Source: an uncultured beta proteobacterium (GTDB lineage: Bacteria > Pseudomonadota > Gammaproteobacteria > Burkholderiales > SG8-41). Taken from it: DNA of 64,000 nt. Positions 35,802-45,553 of this stretch are shown piece after piece. The position numbers and the translations under genes were made by a program. Every line of letters starts with the position of its first letter. Position 1 is the first letter of the stretch. Below the pieces are notes generated by a model, which saw nothing but the letters and a program-made list of their open reading frames with translations, was not told the DNA's origin and did not search any database. The stretch is from the NCBI GenBank assembly GCA_903905655.1, contig CAIVHG010000060.1:7034-71033 (forward strand), in the 5' to 3' direction.

Positions 35802-36767
35802 ATGTTTGAGCAGATGCTGAGTGCCCGCGTACTGCTGTTTGTTTTGGCAGCGACGAGTTGGCAAGTGGCATGCGCCCAGGCGTTTCCCAGCAAGCCCATC
35901 CGCGTCATCACAACTGAAATCGGCAGCGGCAACGATTTTGTCGGCCGGCTGATGGCGCCGCTGCTCACGCAGCACCTAGGGCAGCAGGTCATCGTCGACA
36001 ATCGTGGCGGCGCGGTGATTTCCGGCAGACTCGCGGCCGAGGCACAGGCCGATGGCCATACGCTGATCCTGTATGGGAGCCCGCTGTGGCTGCTGCCCTT
36101 CATGCAGGACGATGTGCCCTATGATCCGCTCAGGGATTTCGCGCCGATTGCGTTGACGCACCGCTCTCCCAACCTGCTGGTGGTGCATCCGGCGGTGCCG
36201 GTGAATTCGGTGAAGGAGTTGATCGCCCTGGCAAAGGCAAAGCCCGGGGAACTCAACTACGGGTCTGGCACCAGCGGCTCTTCAACGCAGCTCGCAGCGG
36301 AACTGTTCAAGGCGATGGCCGGTGTCAATATCGTGCGCGTTCCCTACAAGGGCACCGGGCCGGCGCTCAGTGCGCTGCTCGGCGGGCAGGTGCAGGTGAT
36401 GTTTCCCAATGCGCCGGCCGCGACTCCGCAAGTCAAGGCGGGCAGACTTAGAGCGCTGGCGGTCACCAGCGTCGAGCCGTCCCCGCTGGTGCCAGGAGTG
36501 CCTACGGTCGCGGCTTCCGGCCTTGCCGGTTACGAATCCGTGTCGCCCTTTGGCATGCTCGCGCCGGCGAAAACGCCGGCCAGCATCGTGCGGCGATTGA
36601 ACCAGGAAATTACACTCGTCCTCAGTTCGAGCGAGATCAGAGACAAGCTGCTTGCTGCAGGAACTGAACCGGGCGGCGGTACTCCCGAGCAGTTTGCGGC
36701 CATCATCAAATCAGAAATGACGCGCTTGGGCAAATTGATTCGGGACGTCGGAATCCGCGAGAAATAG
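35802..36767 (+). CDS. Bug/TctC family periplasmic substrate-binding protein
   Basis: Track ORF 35691..36767. I prefer the ATG at 35802, preceded by GGAGG. It has a signal peptide followed by QAFPSKPIRVITTEIGSGNDF. Confidence 0.9.
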   Translation: MFEQMLSARVLLFVLAATSWQVACAQAFPSKPIRVITTEIGSGNDFVGRLMAPLLTQHLGQQVIVDNRGGAVISGRLAAEAQADGHTLILYGSPLWLLPFMQDDVPYDPLRDFAPIALTHRSPNLLVVHPAVPVNSVKELIALAKAKPGELNYGSGTSGSSTQLAAELFKAMAGVNIVRVPYKGTGPALSALLGGQVQVMFPNAPAATPQVKAGRLRALAVTSVEPSPLVPGVPTVAASGLAGYESVSPFGMLAPAKTPASIVRRLNQEITLVLSSSEIRDKLLAAGTEPGGGTPEQFAAIIKSEMTRLGKLIRDVGIREK

Positions 36768-36802
36768 CCGCACTGATTGCAAGGCGCCAGCGCGTCGCCT
36801 GC

Positions 36803-37474
36803 TTATTTCCCCGCTTCGGCCTCGACCATCGCCCACACGCGGCGATAGGGGTAGAGTTCGGCGGCGCACGCGGCGATCGTCGCCTCGTCCAGCCACTGCG
36901 GTTTGCCCATGCTGGCGCTGATCCAGGCGCGCTCGGCGTTCTGCTCGAACAGGAATGCGCCGCCCACCGTCTCCAGCAGGTTGGCGCCGGTGATGACCGT
37001 GCCGTGTGCCTTCAGCAGCATCGCGCGGTGCGGACCCAGCACCCTGGCCATTTCGGCGCCGCGCTCGTTGTCGTGCACCAGCCGCGGATCGGGGTAGACG
37101 GGGATGCCGGTATGGAACAGCGTGCCCATCAGATGTATAGGCTTGAGCGTGTGTTCGCTGGTGGTGAACGAAGTGGAATGCATGCCGTGATAGTGCAGCA
37201 CGCAGTTCACGTCGGGCCGCACCTTGTAGATCTCGAGGTGGATCGGATATTCGCCCGGCAGCGCGCCTTTGCCGTCGAGCTTTTTGCCGTCGATATTGAC
37301 CGTCAACAAGTCGTCCACGATGCCGCGGGCGCCCATCGAATGGCGCGTGATCAGGAAGCGGTCGGAATCCGGCAGCCGCACGCTCAGGTGCCCGAAGCCT
37401 TCGATGAAGCCGCGGTTGTAGAGGAAACTCCAGCCTTTGAGGCTGTCGGTGATCAGTTCGTCTGCGGTGGCCAT
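36803..37474 (-). CDS. class II aldolase / adducin-head family protein
   Basis: GHLSVRLPDSDRFLITRHS, EYPIHLEIYKVRPDVNCVLHYHG and LLKAHGTVITG carry the Zn-binding His pattern of FucA/AraD-like enzymes. Confidence 0.85.
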   Translation of the reverse strand: MATADELITDSLKGWSFLYNRGFIEGFGHLSVRLPDSDRFLITRHSMGARGIVDDLLTVNIDGKKLDGKGALPGEYPIHLEIYKVRPDVNCVLHYHGMHSTSFTTSEHTLKPIHLMGTLFHTGIPVYPDPRLVHDNERGAEMARVLGPHRAMLLKAHGTVITGANLLETVGGAFLFEQNAERAWISASMGKPQWLDEATIAACAAELYPYRRVWAMVEAEAGK

Positions 37475-37704
37475 CGGAGCGGATTCCTTTAGAGATATCG
37501 CGCGAACATACCGGAATTCATTCCCGGGTGCAAACTACGCCGCAGCGGGACTGCAGGCCGCTGGCACTCATCGTGATCACGCATGGTGCTGGTCGTTCTG
37601 GTTTGGGTCGAAGTGACGGGCACGCGATTGCGTTCCTTCATCTGCCCTGCTACGCTCGCCGCGCATCAGGAGTGCGGTACTCTGCTCATAGACAGGGGGG
37701 CAAC

Positions 37705-38751
37705 ATGACAGCAAAGAAACTGCGGGTAGGCGTTGCGGGCGTGGGATTCGGTGCGCTGGTTCACGTGCCGGGGTTCTTGTCGGAGGGGTGGGAGGTGCCG
37801 GTCATCTGCAGCCGCAGTAGGGAGCGCGTGGCGACGGCTGCCCGCGATCTCGGCGTGCCTGAGTACGTCACCGACTACCGCGAGATGCTGGCCCGCAAGG
37901 ATCTGGACGCCATCGCCGTCGCGACACCGGTCGACTCCCATCATGAGATCACGATGGCTGCATTACGCGCAGGCAAGCACGTGCTCTGCGAGAAGCCGTT
38001 TGCGGTGAATGTCGCCCAGGCCCGCGAGATGGAACGGGAAGCGGAGAAGCGCAACTTGGTGGGCATGGATGCGCACGAGTTCCGGTTCGCGCCCCAGCGC
38101 GCCTACATCGCCGAGCTCATCGGCCTGGGCTACCTCGGTCAACTGCGCTTCGCATCTGTCGACATCGACATGGCGGCCCGCGCACGGGGGCAGCAGCAGG
38201 CGCCGGCGCGGCTGGGCGGAGGACACGGCATGCTCGGCAGCCAGGGCTCGCATTTCATCGACTGCCTCATGACCTGGTTCGGTGGCGTGAAGAGCGTATC
38301 TGCGAACCTGCGCATGCTCACGCCGGGCGCGGCGTTCGAAGATATGTTCAGCATTACGCTCGACTTCGCACGCGGCGGCAGCGGCGTCGTGACGCTGACC
38401 AGCGTGGCCACGGTGGCGCAGGGCACGCGCATTGTGTTGCACGGCACCGATGGCACGCTGTCGGCATCACAGCCCGGTAACAATCCGCAGCCCGAGGGCG
38501 TTGTGTATGGCGGAAAGCGCGGCGAGACGGCGCTCAAGGAGCTGACGATGCCGGCGCACTACCGCCCGTTTGTCGACGGCCGCGATATCCGGCTCATGCC
38601 GTTTCGCCTGCTGGTGCGTCAGTTCGAGCGGGGCATCAGGGAAGGCTGCTCGCCCGCGCCGAACTTCACGGATGGGGTCCGCGTCCAAGAGGTTCTCGAC
38701 GCAGCGCGCGAATCAGCGGCGCAGGGTGGCAAGACAATCGCGCTGATGTAG
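37705..38751 (+). CDS. Gfo/Idh/MocA family NAD(P)-dependent oxidoreductase
   Basis: Track ORF 37528..38751. I prefer the ATG at 37705 (MTAKKLRVGVAGVGFGALVHVPGF). The EKP motif is present (HVLCEKPFAV). Confidence 0.85.
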   Translation: MTAKKLRVGVAGVGFGALVHVPGFLSEGWEVPVICSRSRERVATAARDLGVPEYVTDYREMLARKDLDAIAVATPVDSHHEITMAALRAGKHVLCEKPFAVNVAQAREMEREAEKRNLVGMDAHEFRFAPQRAYIAELIGLGYLGQLRFASVDIDMAARARGQQQAPARLGGGHGMLGSQGSHFIDCLMTWFGGVKSVSANLRMLTPGAAFEDMFSITLDFARGGSGVVTLTSVATVAQGTRIVLHGTDGTLSASQPGNNPQPEGVVYGGKRGETALKELTMPAHYRPFVDGRDIRLMPFRLLVRQFERGIREGCSPAPNFTDGVRVQEVLDAARESAAQGGKTIALM

Positions 38752-38818
38752 GTATCTGCGCGGCAAGACGATCGCGCGAGTGCAACGCTGATGAATGACT
38801 TACCGAAGAGGAACACGA

Positions 38819-39904
38819 ATGGGTAATGCCGTAACAGGATTGAAGCGGGCACGCGCCAAAGTGCGCGCGGCTTATTTTGTGCTCTGCTTGAGCACTCTAA
38901 ATTTTGCGGCAGCAACCGCATGGGCGCAGGTGCCGGGGATCATCGATACGCATGGACATATACAAAACGGCGGGCCGCGCGGCACAGATTTTCGTGGAGC
39001 CCTCGATGCCGCTGTTCATCGGATGGATCAGTCCGGGTTCAGTAAAAGCATAATCATCCCTCCCCCCATGGCTACAGGAACAGCAGGCGCTTTCGAAATG
39101 GAGTCATATCTTTTTGCCAAGCAGGCGTATGCGGGCCGCATCCTCCCTGGAGGCGGCGGTGGCAGCCTGAATGGCATCATTCAATCCACCGCGCCTGATG
39201 CGGTCACCGACGATGTCAGGAAGGCATTCCGGGCGAGTGCTGAAAAGATTGCCGCGGCGGGCGCCGTGGTCTTCGGGGAAATCGCACTGCATCACCTGTC
39301 GCTGCGGATCATGGGGCCGCGGCATCCTTATGAATGGACGCCGCCGGATCATCCGCTGCTGATGCTGCTCGCCGATATCGCCGCCGAAAAAGACATTCCG
39401 CTGGACCTGCATATGGATCTGGTCGCCGAGGACATGAGTCTCCCGGAGCGGCCGGTTTTCAATCCGACCAATCCGGCCGTGCTGAAGGCGAATATGGCCG
39501 CCTTCGAGCGCCTGCTGGCGCACAACCGCAAGGCGCGGATCGTCTGGGCGCATGCTGGCACCGATCCTCTGGGCACGCGCATACCGCAAATCCAACGCGA
39601 GTTGCTCACGCGCAACCCGAACCTGTACATGAGCCTGAGGCTGGGCGCCACCGCGCCGCCGCCCTTCGTCGCGCTCGACTCCGACAAGAAGCTGAAGCCG
39701 GTCTGGCTGGCGTTGCTGAGCGATTTTCCGGATCGATTTGTCATCGGAACGGATTTCTTCCATGCGCCAGGGGCGGGGGCGGTGCGCGGGCCTACCGAGG
39801 AAGCGCTGGAAAATTACCGGACGGCGCTGTCGCAGATGCCTCCGGAGCTGGCCGCAGCGATTGCGCACGGCAACGCAGAAAGAATCTATCGACTCGGAAA
39901 CTGA
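38819..39904 (+). CDS. secreted amidohydrolase-type metal-dependent hydrolase
   Basis: Track ORF 38795..39904. I prefer the ATG at 38819, preceded by AAGAGGA. It has a signal peptide (...LNFAAATAWAQ) followed by GIIDTHGHIQ (HxH). WAHAG and GTDF elements come later. Confidence 0.7.
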   Translation: MGNAVTGLKRARAKVRAAYFVLCLSTLNFAAATAWAQVPGIIDTHGHIQNGGPRGTDFRGALDAAVHRMDQSGFSKSIIIPPPMATGTAGAFEMESYLFAKQAYAGRILPGGGGGSLNGIIQSTAPDAVTDDVRKAFRASAEKIAAAGAVVFGEIALHHLSLRIMGPRHPYEWTPPDHPLLMLLADIAAEKDIPLDLHMDLVAEDMSLPERPVFNPTNPAVLKANMAAFERLLAHNRKARIVWAHAGTDPLGTRIPQIQRELLTRNPNLYMSLRLGATAPPPFVALDSDKKLKPVWLALLSDFPDRFVIGTDFFHAPGAGAVRGPTEEALENYRTALSQMPPELAAAIAHGNAERIYRLGN

Positions 39905-40103
39905 TGAACGCAGCGGTTACTCATTCTTTATCTGGATGCGGCCGCCGCCCCGATTCTCCGTCGGCGTTGTTTTCAGGAATCAGCATTGCGCCGCCGCTGA
40001 TCTCGTCGTAGACTTTCCCCAAGCGCGGGCCAGACCCATCGACTCACCGATTCAGCAGGTGAGTTGCAGAGCGCAGTGACAGTCTGCAGCCAAAGGGGAA
40101 TTC

Positions 40104-40856
40104 GTGGACAAAGCAATCTGGATGAGCTGGTACGACCTGCCGGAACAGGGGCGCGACGCCTATTTCTCGTGGCTGCATGAGACCTACATACCGAAGCTTC
40201 TAAAAAATCCCGGCGTCATGTGGGCGGCGCACTATGAGTCCAAGAAAGTGCCGCCTGCTCCGCGCCTGACGCACGTGAGCGATCCTGCGGTCGGGATTGG
40301 CAGCGATTACATGCTGCTGTTCGGTGGCGAAAGCTCTTACACCTTCACCAAGGGCGCGGATTTTTACATGCATCCGGCCGCGTGCAAGCCGGGACGCATG
40401 CATGAAAATCTCACCGACCTGGACCGCCAGATGCTGGCGCTGCGCAGCGGCGAGCGTGTGACCATCATGATCGAGGAAGCGCGCATCGACGGCCCCGAGG
40501 CCGCAAACCGCGAAGGCCCGATGGTTCCGGGAGCGAGCATACAGTTGGGCAACTTCTGCACGAACTCCGTTGCGGCGGAAGATGAACTGCTGTCCTGGTT
40601 CGGTGACTGGCGCCTGGAAGCATTGCAGAAGCTGCCCGGCATCGTGGGAGCGCGCAAGCTGGTGGGGACCGTAGGCTGGGCGCGCCACGGCTGCATGTAC
40701 GAGTTCGTGTCCGAGCAGGCGCGTATCGAGAATTACCCAAAGATCCGCACTCTCTATCCCGATGCCGCGGTATGGACCGAGCGCTTTACGCGCAACCTCA
40801 TACACGCCAAAGGTTCGCCGATGGTGGCCAATCGGATCTGGCCGCCCGTGAAATAG
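40104..40856 (+). CDS. hypothetical protein with two tandem ~115-aa halves (possible dimeric alpha+beta-barrel / EthD-like duplication)
   Basis: GTG start. The first half has SWYDLPEQGRDAYFSWLHETYIPKLLKNPGVMWAAHY. The second half has AEDELLSWFGDWRLEALQKLPGIVGARKLV. No family is recognised with confidence. Confidence 0.6.
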   Translation: MDKAIWMSWYDLPEQGRDAYFSWLHETYIPKLLKNPGVMWAAHYESKKVPPAPRLTHVSDPAVGIGSDYMLLFGGESSYTFTKGADFYMHPAACKPGRMHENLTDLDRQMLALRSGERVTIMIEEARIDGPEAANREGPMVPGASIQLGNFCTNSVAAEDELLSWFGDWRLEALQKLPGIVGARKLVGTVGWARHGCMYEFVSEQARIENYPKIRTLYPDAAVWTERFTRNLIHAKGSPMVANRIWPPVK

Positions 40857-40894
40857 ATCAGAAGCGGATGCACCCACTTTATAGGGGGACTGCT

Positions 40895-41851
40895 ATGCGA
40901 AAAATTGTCACGGTCGCGTGTGTGCTCGCGACGATGGGGCTCGCCGAATGCGTGTTGGCGGCCGACGACTATCCGGTGAAGCCGGTGCGCATCATCACCT
41001 CGGCGCCCGGAGGCGGCAGCGATTTTGCGGCGCGCCTGATCGCGGCGAATCTGCCGCAGGGTCTGGGGCAGCAGGTGATCGTGGAAAATCGCGGCGGCGG
41101 CATCATCGCGCCGGAAGTGTCTGTCAAAGCGCCGCCGGACGGCTACAGCCTGCTCTATTACGGCAGCACGCTGTGGCTGCTGCCGCTGATGCGCGACAAG
41201 GTGCCGTGGGATGCGCTGCGGGATTTCATCCCGGTCATTCTGACCGTCACCACTCCCACCATATTGACGGTGCATCCGTCGCTGCCGGTGAAGACGGTCA
41301 AAGACTTGATCGCGCTGGCGAAGGCGCGGCCGGGAGAGATGAATTATTCTTCGGGGGCGTCGGGGTCCGCCAACCATCTTTCGGCCGAACTCTTCAAGTC
41401 CATGGCCAAGGTCAACATCGTGCGCATCGTCTACAACGGTCAGGGGCCGGGGGTGCTCGCGCTCATGTCGGGCGAGGTGCAGACCTCGTTCGCGGTCGCC
41501 GCCTCCGTGCAGCCGCACGTGAAATCCGGACGGCTGAAAGCGCTGGCGGTCAGCAGCGCCACGCCGTCGGCGCTGTTTCCCGGATTGCCGACCATCGCAG
41601 CTACCTTGCCCGGCTACGAAGCGGTGTCTCCGTCCGGTATCTTCGCGCCGGCGAAGACGCCGGATGCGGTGGTCAACCGGCTCAATCAGGAAGTCAGCAA
41701 GGTGCTTGCGCGCAGCGACGTCAAGGATAAGTTCTTCAGTTCGGGCGTGGAAGTCGTCGGCGGATCGCCCCAGGAATTCGCCGCCAGGATCCGTACCGAG
41801 ATCACTCAGATGGGCAAGGTCATCAAGGACGTCGGCATCCGCGACGAATAG
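40895..41851 (+). CDS. Bug/TctC family periplasmic substrate-binding protein
   Basis: Track ORF 40772..41851. I prefer the ATG at 40895, preceded by AGGGGGA. It has a signal peptide followed by DDYPVKPVRIITSAPGGGSDF. Confidence 0.9.
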   Translation: MRKIVTVACVLATMGLAECVLAADDYPVKPVRIITSAPGGGSDFAARLIAANLPQGLGQQVIVENRGGGIIAPEVSVKAPPDGYSLLYYGSTLWLLPLMRDKVPWDALRDFIPVILTVTTPTILTVHPSLPVKTVKDLIALAKARPGEMNYSSGASGSANHLSAELFKSMAKVNIVRIVYNGQGPGVLALMSGEVQTSFAVAASVQPHVKSGRLKALAVSSATPSALFPGLPTIAATLPGYEAVSPSGIFAPAKTPDAVVNRLNQEVSKVLARSDVKDKFFSSGVEVVGGSPQEFAARIRTEITQMGKVIKDVGIRDE

Positions 41852-41887
41852 CAGCGATCTGTAGAACAGTTAAAGGTCCGCAGCCGG

Positions 41888-41916
41888 CGTAGGGCGGGTC
41901 ACATCCGCCGTCGCGG
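41888..41916. repeat. REP-like palindromic element, copy C
   Basis: CGTAGGGCGGGTCACATCCGCCGTCGCGG belongs to the same family as 15543..15569 and 15614..15635. It sits between convergent genes. Confidence 0.5.
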
Positions 41917-42135
41917 TCGTATCGAGTGCGGGTGCTCGAATACATTGGATTATTTATCCTCCGAAGAGGAAGTGCGATGAAGGCTGAACGCTATTTGCGA
42001 ACGCTGATGGGTTGCATCCATTGATAGGAAGCGCAGCATAGCTATTGGTGTGAAAGCCAAGGGCGCGGTGGTGTTCCCGCTGCTCGCTGAAGCAACTACC
42101 CAAATTGCCAACATCGATGTGCTGGTCGATTTTGA

Positions 42136-43140
42136 CTATTCGTCTCCGGCCTTAATATTGTTTTCCCGGGCCACCTTTCCCCATCGCGCAATTTCACTCT
42201 CGATGAACTTGCCCAGTGCCTCGGGGGTACTGCTCTCCAACTCGTAACCTTCGTGGATGGCCCGCGCCGAAGCATCCGGTGAGCGGGTATAGGCGGCAAT
42301 CGCTGCGGCGAGCTTGTTCACGATGGGTGCCGGTGTGCCGCCGGTGGCAAGTATGGCCCCCCAGCCGCTGTAGTCGTAGCCCGCCACACCAAGTTCGGCG
42401 ACGCTTGGAAGATTGGGCAAGGCTCTGGAGCGGCTGGCGGTCAGGTGAGCGATGGGCCGGACCTTTCCAGACTTGATGTAGGGTAGCGCAGCGAAGGTCG
42501 TCATCGGGCTAACTTGCGTACGTCCGGCGAAGAGGTCGAGAAAGCCCTGCGCGTTGCCTTTGTAGTGGATGAAGGTTACCTTGGTTCCGGTGGCGGCAGC
42601 GAGGTAGGCTCCGGCCATGTGAAAGATGCTGCCGACGCCGCTGGTGCCCCAGTTGAGCTTTTCGGGATTTGCCTTGGCGTAGGCCAGGTATTCGGCGAAG
42701 TTATTTACGGGCAAGGAAGGCGTCACCACCAGAATCACGGGGCGCCTGCTGAGCAGCGAAATCGGGGCGAACTCCTTGTACGAGTAGGGCATGTTTTCGC
42801 GTAGCTGAAAATTGGTAGCGAAGCTGGTGGTTACGATGAGCAGGGTGTGGCCGTCGGGCTTGGCTTTGGCGACGTAATTGTTTCCCGTTATGCCGCCTGC
42901 GCCGGGCTTGTAGTCGAGGATAAAAGACTTGCCGAAGGTCGCGGTAAGGTATTGCAGCATCGGCCGCGCGTCGCTGTCCGTGGTGCTTCCGGCCACGAAT
43001 GGGTTGATCAGCGTGACCACTCTCGAGGGGTAGGTATCGGCGGGGCTTTGGGCCAGGGCTGGCTTGCCGCCGGCGGTGAGAAGGGTGGCGACGAGCAGGC
43101 TGGAAAGAATTGCAGACTGTTTCCGCTTCGATTTCGACAT
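42136..43140 (-). CDS. Bug/TctC family periplasmic substrate-binding protein (more divergent member)
   Basis: It has a signal peptide followed by DTYPSRVVTLINPFVAGSTTD. PDGHT and IHYKGNAQGFLDLFAGR are present. Confidence 0.85.
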   Translation of the reverse strand: MSKSKRKQSAILSSLLVATLLTAGGKPALAQSPADTYPSRVVTLINPFVAGSTTDSDARPMLQYLTATFGKSFILDYKPGAGGITGNNYVAKAKPDGHTLLIVTTSFATNFQLRENMPYSYKEFAPISLLSRRPVILVVTPSLPVNNFAEYLAYAKANPEKLNWGTSGVGSIFHMAGAYLAAATGTKVTFIHYKGNAQGFLDLFAGRTQVSPMTTFAALPYIKSGKVRPIAHLTASRSRALPNLPSVAELGVAGYDYSGWGAILATGGTPAPIVNKLAAAIAAYTRSPDASARAIHEGYELESSTPEALGKFIESEIARWGKVARENNIKAGDE

Positions 43141-43280
43141 GGCTGTTTTCCTTGGGTGGTGGCGGTAGATACGGCGGGGAAATTTATGGGAGCGACCGCA
43201 TTCAGGGTGTTGCGCTGAGCAAAATAGCAGAACTCATCTCGAGATCAATTGGCGTAGTTGTAATCTTGCAGCCGCCTGCG

Positions 43281-44558
43281 CTATCGCGGATGAACGCGCG
43301 AGGCCAGCGGTCTGGGCACGTAATCGGCCACGAAACCGCGGGGCGGCAGTGCCGCCGGGGTCAGCGCTCTACAGCGATCGGCGATCTGATGCGGCGTGGG
43401 TTTGTCGCCGTTCTCGATCCAGCGTAGCAGTGCTTCGAACAGCGGAGGGTAAATCTCGTCGCCCAGATAGCTGTGCTGATCCGAATCGACGAACGTTTGC
43501 ACCAGATTGTGCTCATTGCCTGCGGCGTTCATCCGGGATCGCAGGACGTCGTGAACCTCGACGAAACAGGTTGGGTCCTGAATGCCGTGCACGGTCAACA
43601 CAGGCATCGGAAACCGTCCGCTGTATTCAATTTCGGCGGCGAAGCGCGCCCTGGCGGCAGAGTCAGCGCGGTAACGCAAAGCGGTCGCGTTCAGCGCGGC
43701 GTCATCGTCCGCTCCGCTGTAGCGCACGGTGTCGTTGTCCAGTGGGCTACCGCCGTGCTTCTCGACCACGTCCTGTAGCGCCCATGTGCCCCATCTCAAT
43801 TGATCGATCACCCCTGCTTCCGGGATCTTCAGCAGATCGACGAGAGTTCGAAGCCTGCGCGCCTGCTCCGGACTGCGTTGTGCTGCTGGTCTTAGCAGGC
43901 CTAAGGCTTCGTCTGCCCGGGCGGCAAGATCTTCCTCGGTGAGCGTGCTGCCTTTGGGCAAACCAATGGATAGTGGATAAGCGCTTTCATCGGGCTTAGG
44001 GTGATTGTTGCAGAGGTACTGATAAATCACCCGCAAGTCGAGCCTGAACTCATAGGCCAACAGCCCGCCCACGGCGCCGCTGGTCAGCAACATGCCATCC
44101 CACGATTTCGGGTAAAGCTCAGCGGCCTTGGTTGCGACTAACGCTCCCCAGGATTGACCATGTATTACGGTGCGCGTGGGCGTGGCGACGTGCTCGACAA
44201 AAATTCTGCGCAGACGCTCGGTGTCCTGCGCTGCCGAAGTCACCGCAAAACCACCTTGGCGAAACACGGACCCCGCCCAAGCGTGGCCCAAGCGCACGGT
44301 CGCCGACCAGCGCTTGATGTCCTCCTCCGCTCGCGAGGTTTTGGGCTCGCCCAGCGGCGGTCCTCCATGGGCGTGCACTACGAGGACGCCGCTCCAGTGG
44401 CGGGGTATGACGATCAGGTAATGCGCACCCATGGAATCCCGACCGCGCAGGCAGCGAGCGTCTGCGGGCACGCCGCTCGGGCAGGCTGCCTCCACCGGCG
44501 GTTTTTCGGGCGGACCAGTTTGCGCCGATGCGTGCGCAACGAGCAAATCGTCAGACAT
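43281..44558 (-). CDS. alpha/beta hydrolase
   Basis: Track ORF 43281..45077 is over-extended into the divergent regulator gene. I prefer the ATG at 44558 (MSDDLLVAH...), preceded by AAGGA. The nucleophile elbow is GQSWG. HGIQDP and DQHSY are candidate Asp and His. Confidence 0.75.
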   Translation of the reverse strand: MSDDLLVAHASAQTGPPEKPPVEAACPSGVPADARCLRGRDSMGAHYLIVIPRHWSGVLVVHAHGGPPLGEPKTSRAEEDIKRWSATVRLGHAWAGSVFRQGGFAVTSAAQDTERLRRIFVEHVATPTRTVIHGQSWGALVATKAAELYPKSWDGMLLTSGAVGGLLAYEFRLDLRVIYQYLCNNHPKPDESAYPLSIGLPKGSTLTEEDLAARADEALGLLRPAAQRSPEQARRLRTLVDLLKIPEAGVIDQLRWGTWALQDVVEKHGGSPLDNDTVRYSGADDDAALNATALRYRADSAARARFAAEIEYSGRFPMPVLTVHGIQDPTCFVEVHDVLRSRMNAAGNEHNLVQTFVDSDQHSYLGDEIYPPLFEALLRWIENGDKPTPHQIADRCRALTPAALPPRGFVADYVPRPLASRVHPR

Positions 44559-44611
44559 GGCAGGAGTCCTTGACCAACTATTGATCATTCGTAATTCATG
44601 ACAACCAATCT

Positions 44612-44652
44612 TTGACAGCATAGCACTGTAGTAGTAGCATTCGCAACTACTA
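44612..44652 (+). promoter_or_regulatory. candidate sigma70 promoter (TTGACA-17-TAGCAT) with an overlapping 7-bp inverted repeat, for the TrmB-like gene
   Basis: TTGACA lies at 44612..44617 and TAGCAT at 44635..44640. The IR is TAGTAGT (44629..44635)-N10-ACTACTA (44646..44652). The predicted TSS is only a few nt before the ATG at 44652, so the mRNA would be leaderless or nearly so. Confidence 0.35.
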
Positions 44653-45518
44653 TGCAGCCGCGCGCTACCGCCCCCCGCTCCCCCGCCCAACCGCTTGCCG
44701 CGACCCTGCGCGAACTGGGCTTTTCCGAATACGAGGCCAAGTGCTACGCTGCGCTCGCCACCCGCCAGCCCGCCACCGCCTACGAAATCGCCAAGGTAAC
44801 CGGTCTGCCTCGTCCCAATGTCTATGGCGCACTGCGCAACCTCGAAGCCAAGGGCGCGGTCCAGCCGGTCACCGAACACCCCGTGCGCTACGTGCCGGTC
44901 GATCCCGAACAGTTTTTTCGGCGACTGCAGCGCAACACGGCCGTGCTCTGCGAGGATGTCGTGCGGGCGGTCAGACGCGACACCAAGGCCGAAGAAAGCG
45001 CCTACGTCTGGCTTTACCGCGGCGCCAATGAAGTAGGCGACAAGTTCACTGAACTGATCGAAGGTGCACGCGAGCATATCTGGATCAAGGCGCCTGCCGC
45101 GCTGATCGAACCGTACCGGGATGCTCTCGTGAAAGCGGCCCGCCGGCGCGTCACCATCCGGCTTATCGTATTCGGCGACGATCTTGCGGCGCTACGCGAC
45201 CACCCGCGCATCCAGGTGTTCCCGCACGAAGGCGACGGCCAGGCGCACGGCACCGCCGCCGACCTCATGCTCACCGCCACCTTCGACAGCGACGGCATGA
45301 TGATCGTCACGCATACCGGCAAGGTAGTGGGCTCTTACGCCCGCGATCAGTCGATCATCTACGTGATCCAGACCCTGCTGCTGCACGAAATCTATTTTGC
45401 CGAGATGTATGCGGCGCTCGGTCCGCAACTGGAAGCGCACTTCGGCAAACGTCTCGACAAGCTGCGCCGCAAATACCGGCCGGCCGGGCGGGAGCGCCCG
45501 GTCCTTGACGGCGATTGA
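44652..45518 (+). CDS. TrmB family transcriptional regulator
   Basis: The N-terminal wHTH is LGFSEYEAKCYAALATRQPATAYEIAKVTGLPRPNVYGALRNLEAKGAV. A C-terminal effector-like domain follows. Confidence 0.8.
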   Translation: MQPRATAPRSPAQPLAATLRELGFSEYEAKCYAALATRQPATAYEIAKVTGLPRPNVYGALRNLEAKGAVQPVTEHPVRYVPVDPEQFFRRLQRNTAVLCEDVVRAVRRDTKAEESAYVWLYRGANEVGDKFTELIEGAREHIWIKAPAALIEPYRDALVKAARRRVTIRLIVFGDDLAALRDHPRIQVFPHEGDGQAHGTAADLMLTATFDSDGMMIVTHTGKVVGSYARDQSIIYVIQTLLLHEIYFAEMYAALGPQLEAHFGKRLDKLRRKYRPAGRERPVLDGD

Positions 45519-45553
45519 ATTGTTTTTACCGATATTCCACTGGAGCCCGCCGC

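Noticed and set aside
41925-41975. 15-codon ORF (MKAERYLRTLMGCIH) and other tiny ORFs in the 41852..42135 spacer.
   Set aside because: It has no SD, no conservation evidence is obtainable here, and it is too short to evaluate.
44559-45077. N-terminal 173-aa extension of the track ORF 43281..45077.
   Set aside because: The extension runs antisense through the TrmB-like gene and its promoter. An internal ATG at 44558 with an AAGGA SD gives a normal alpha/beta hydrolase start.
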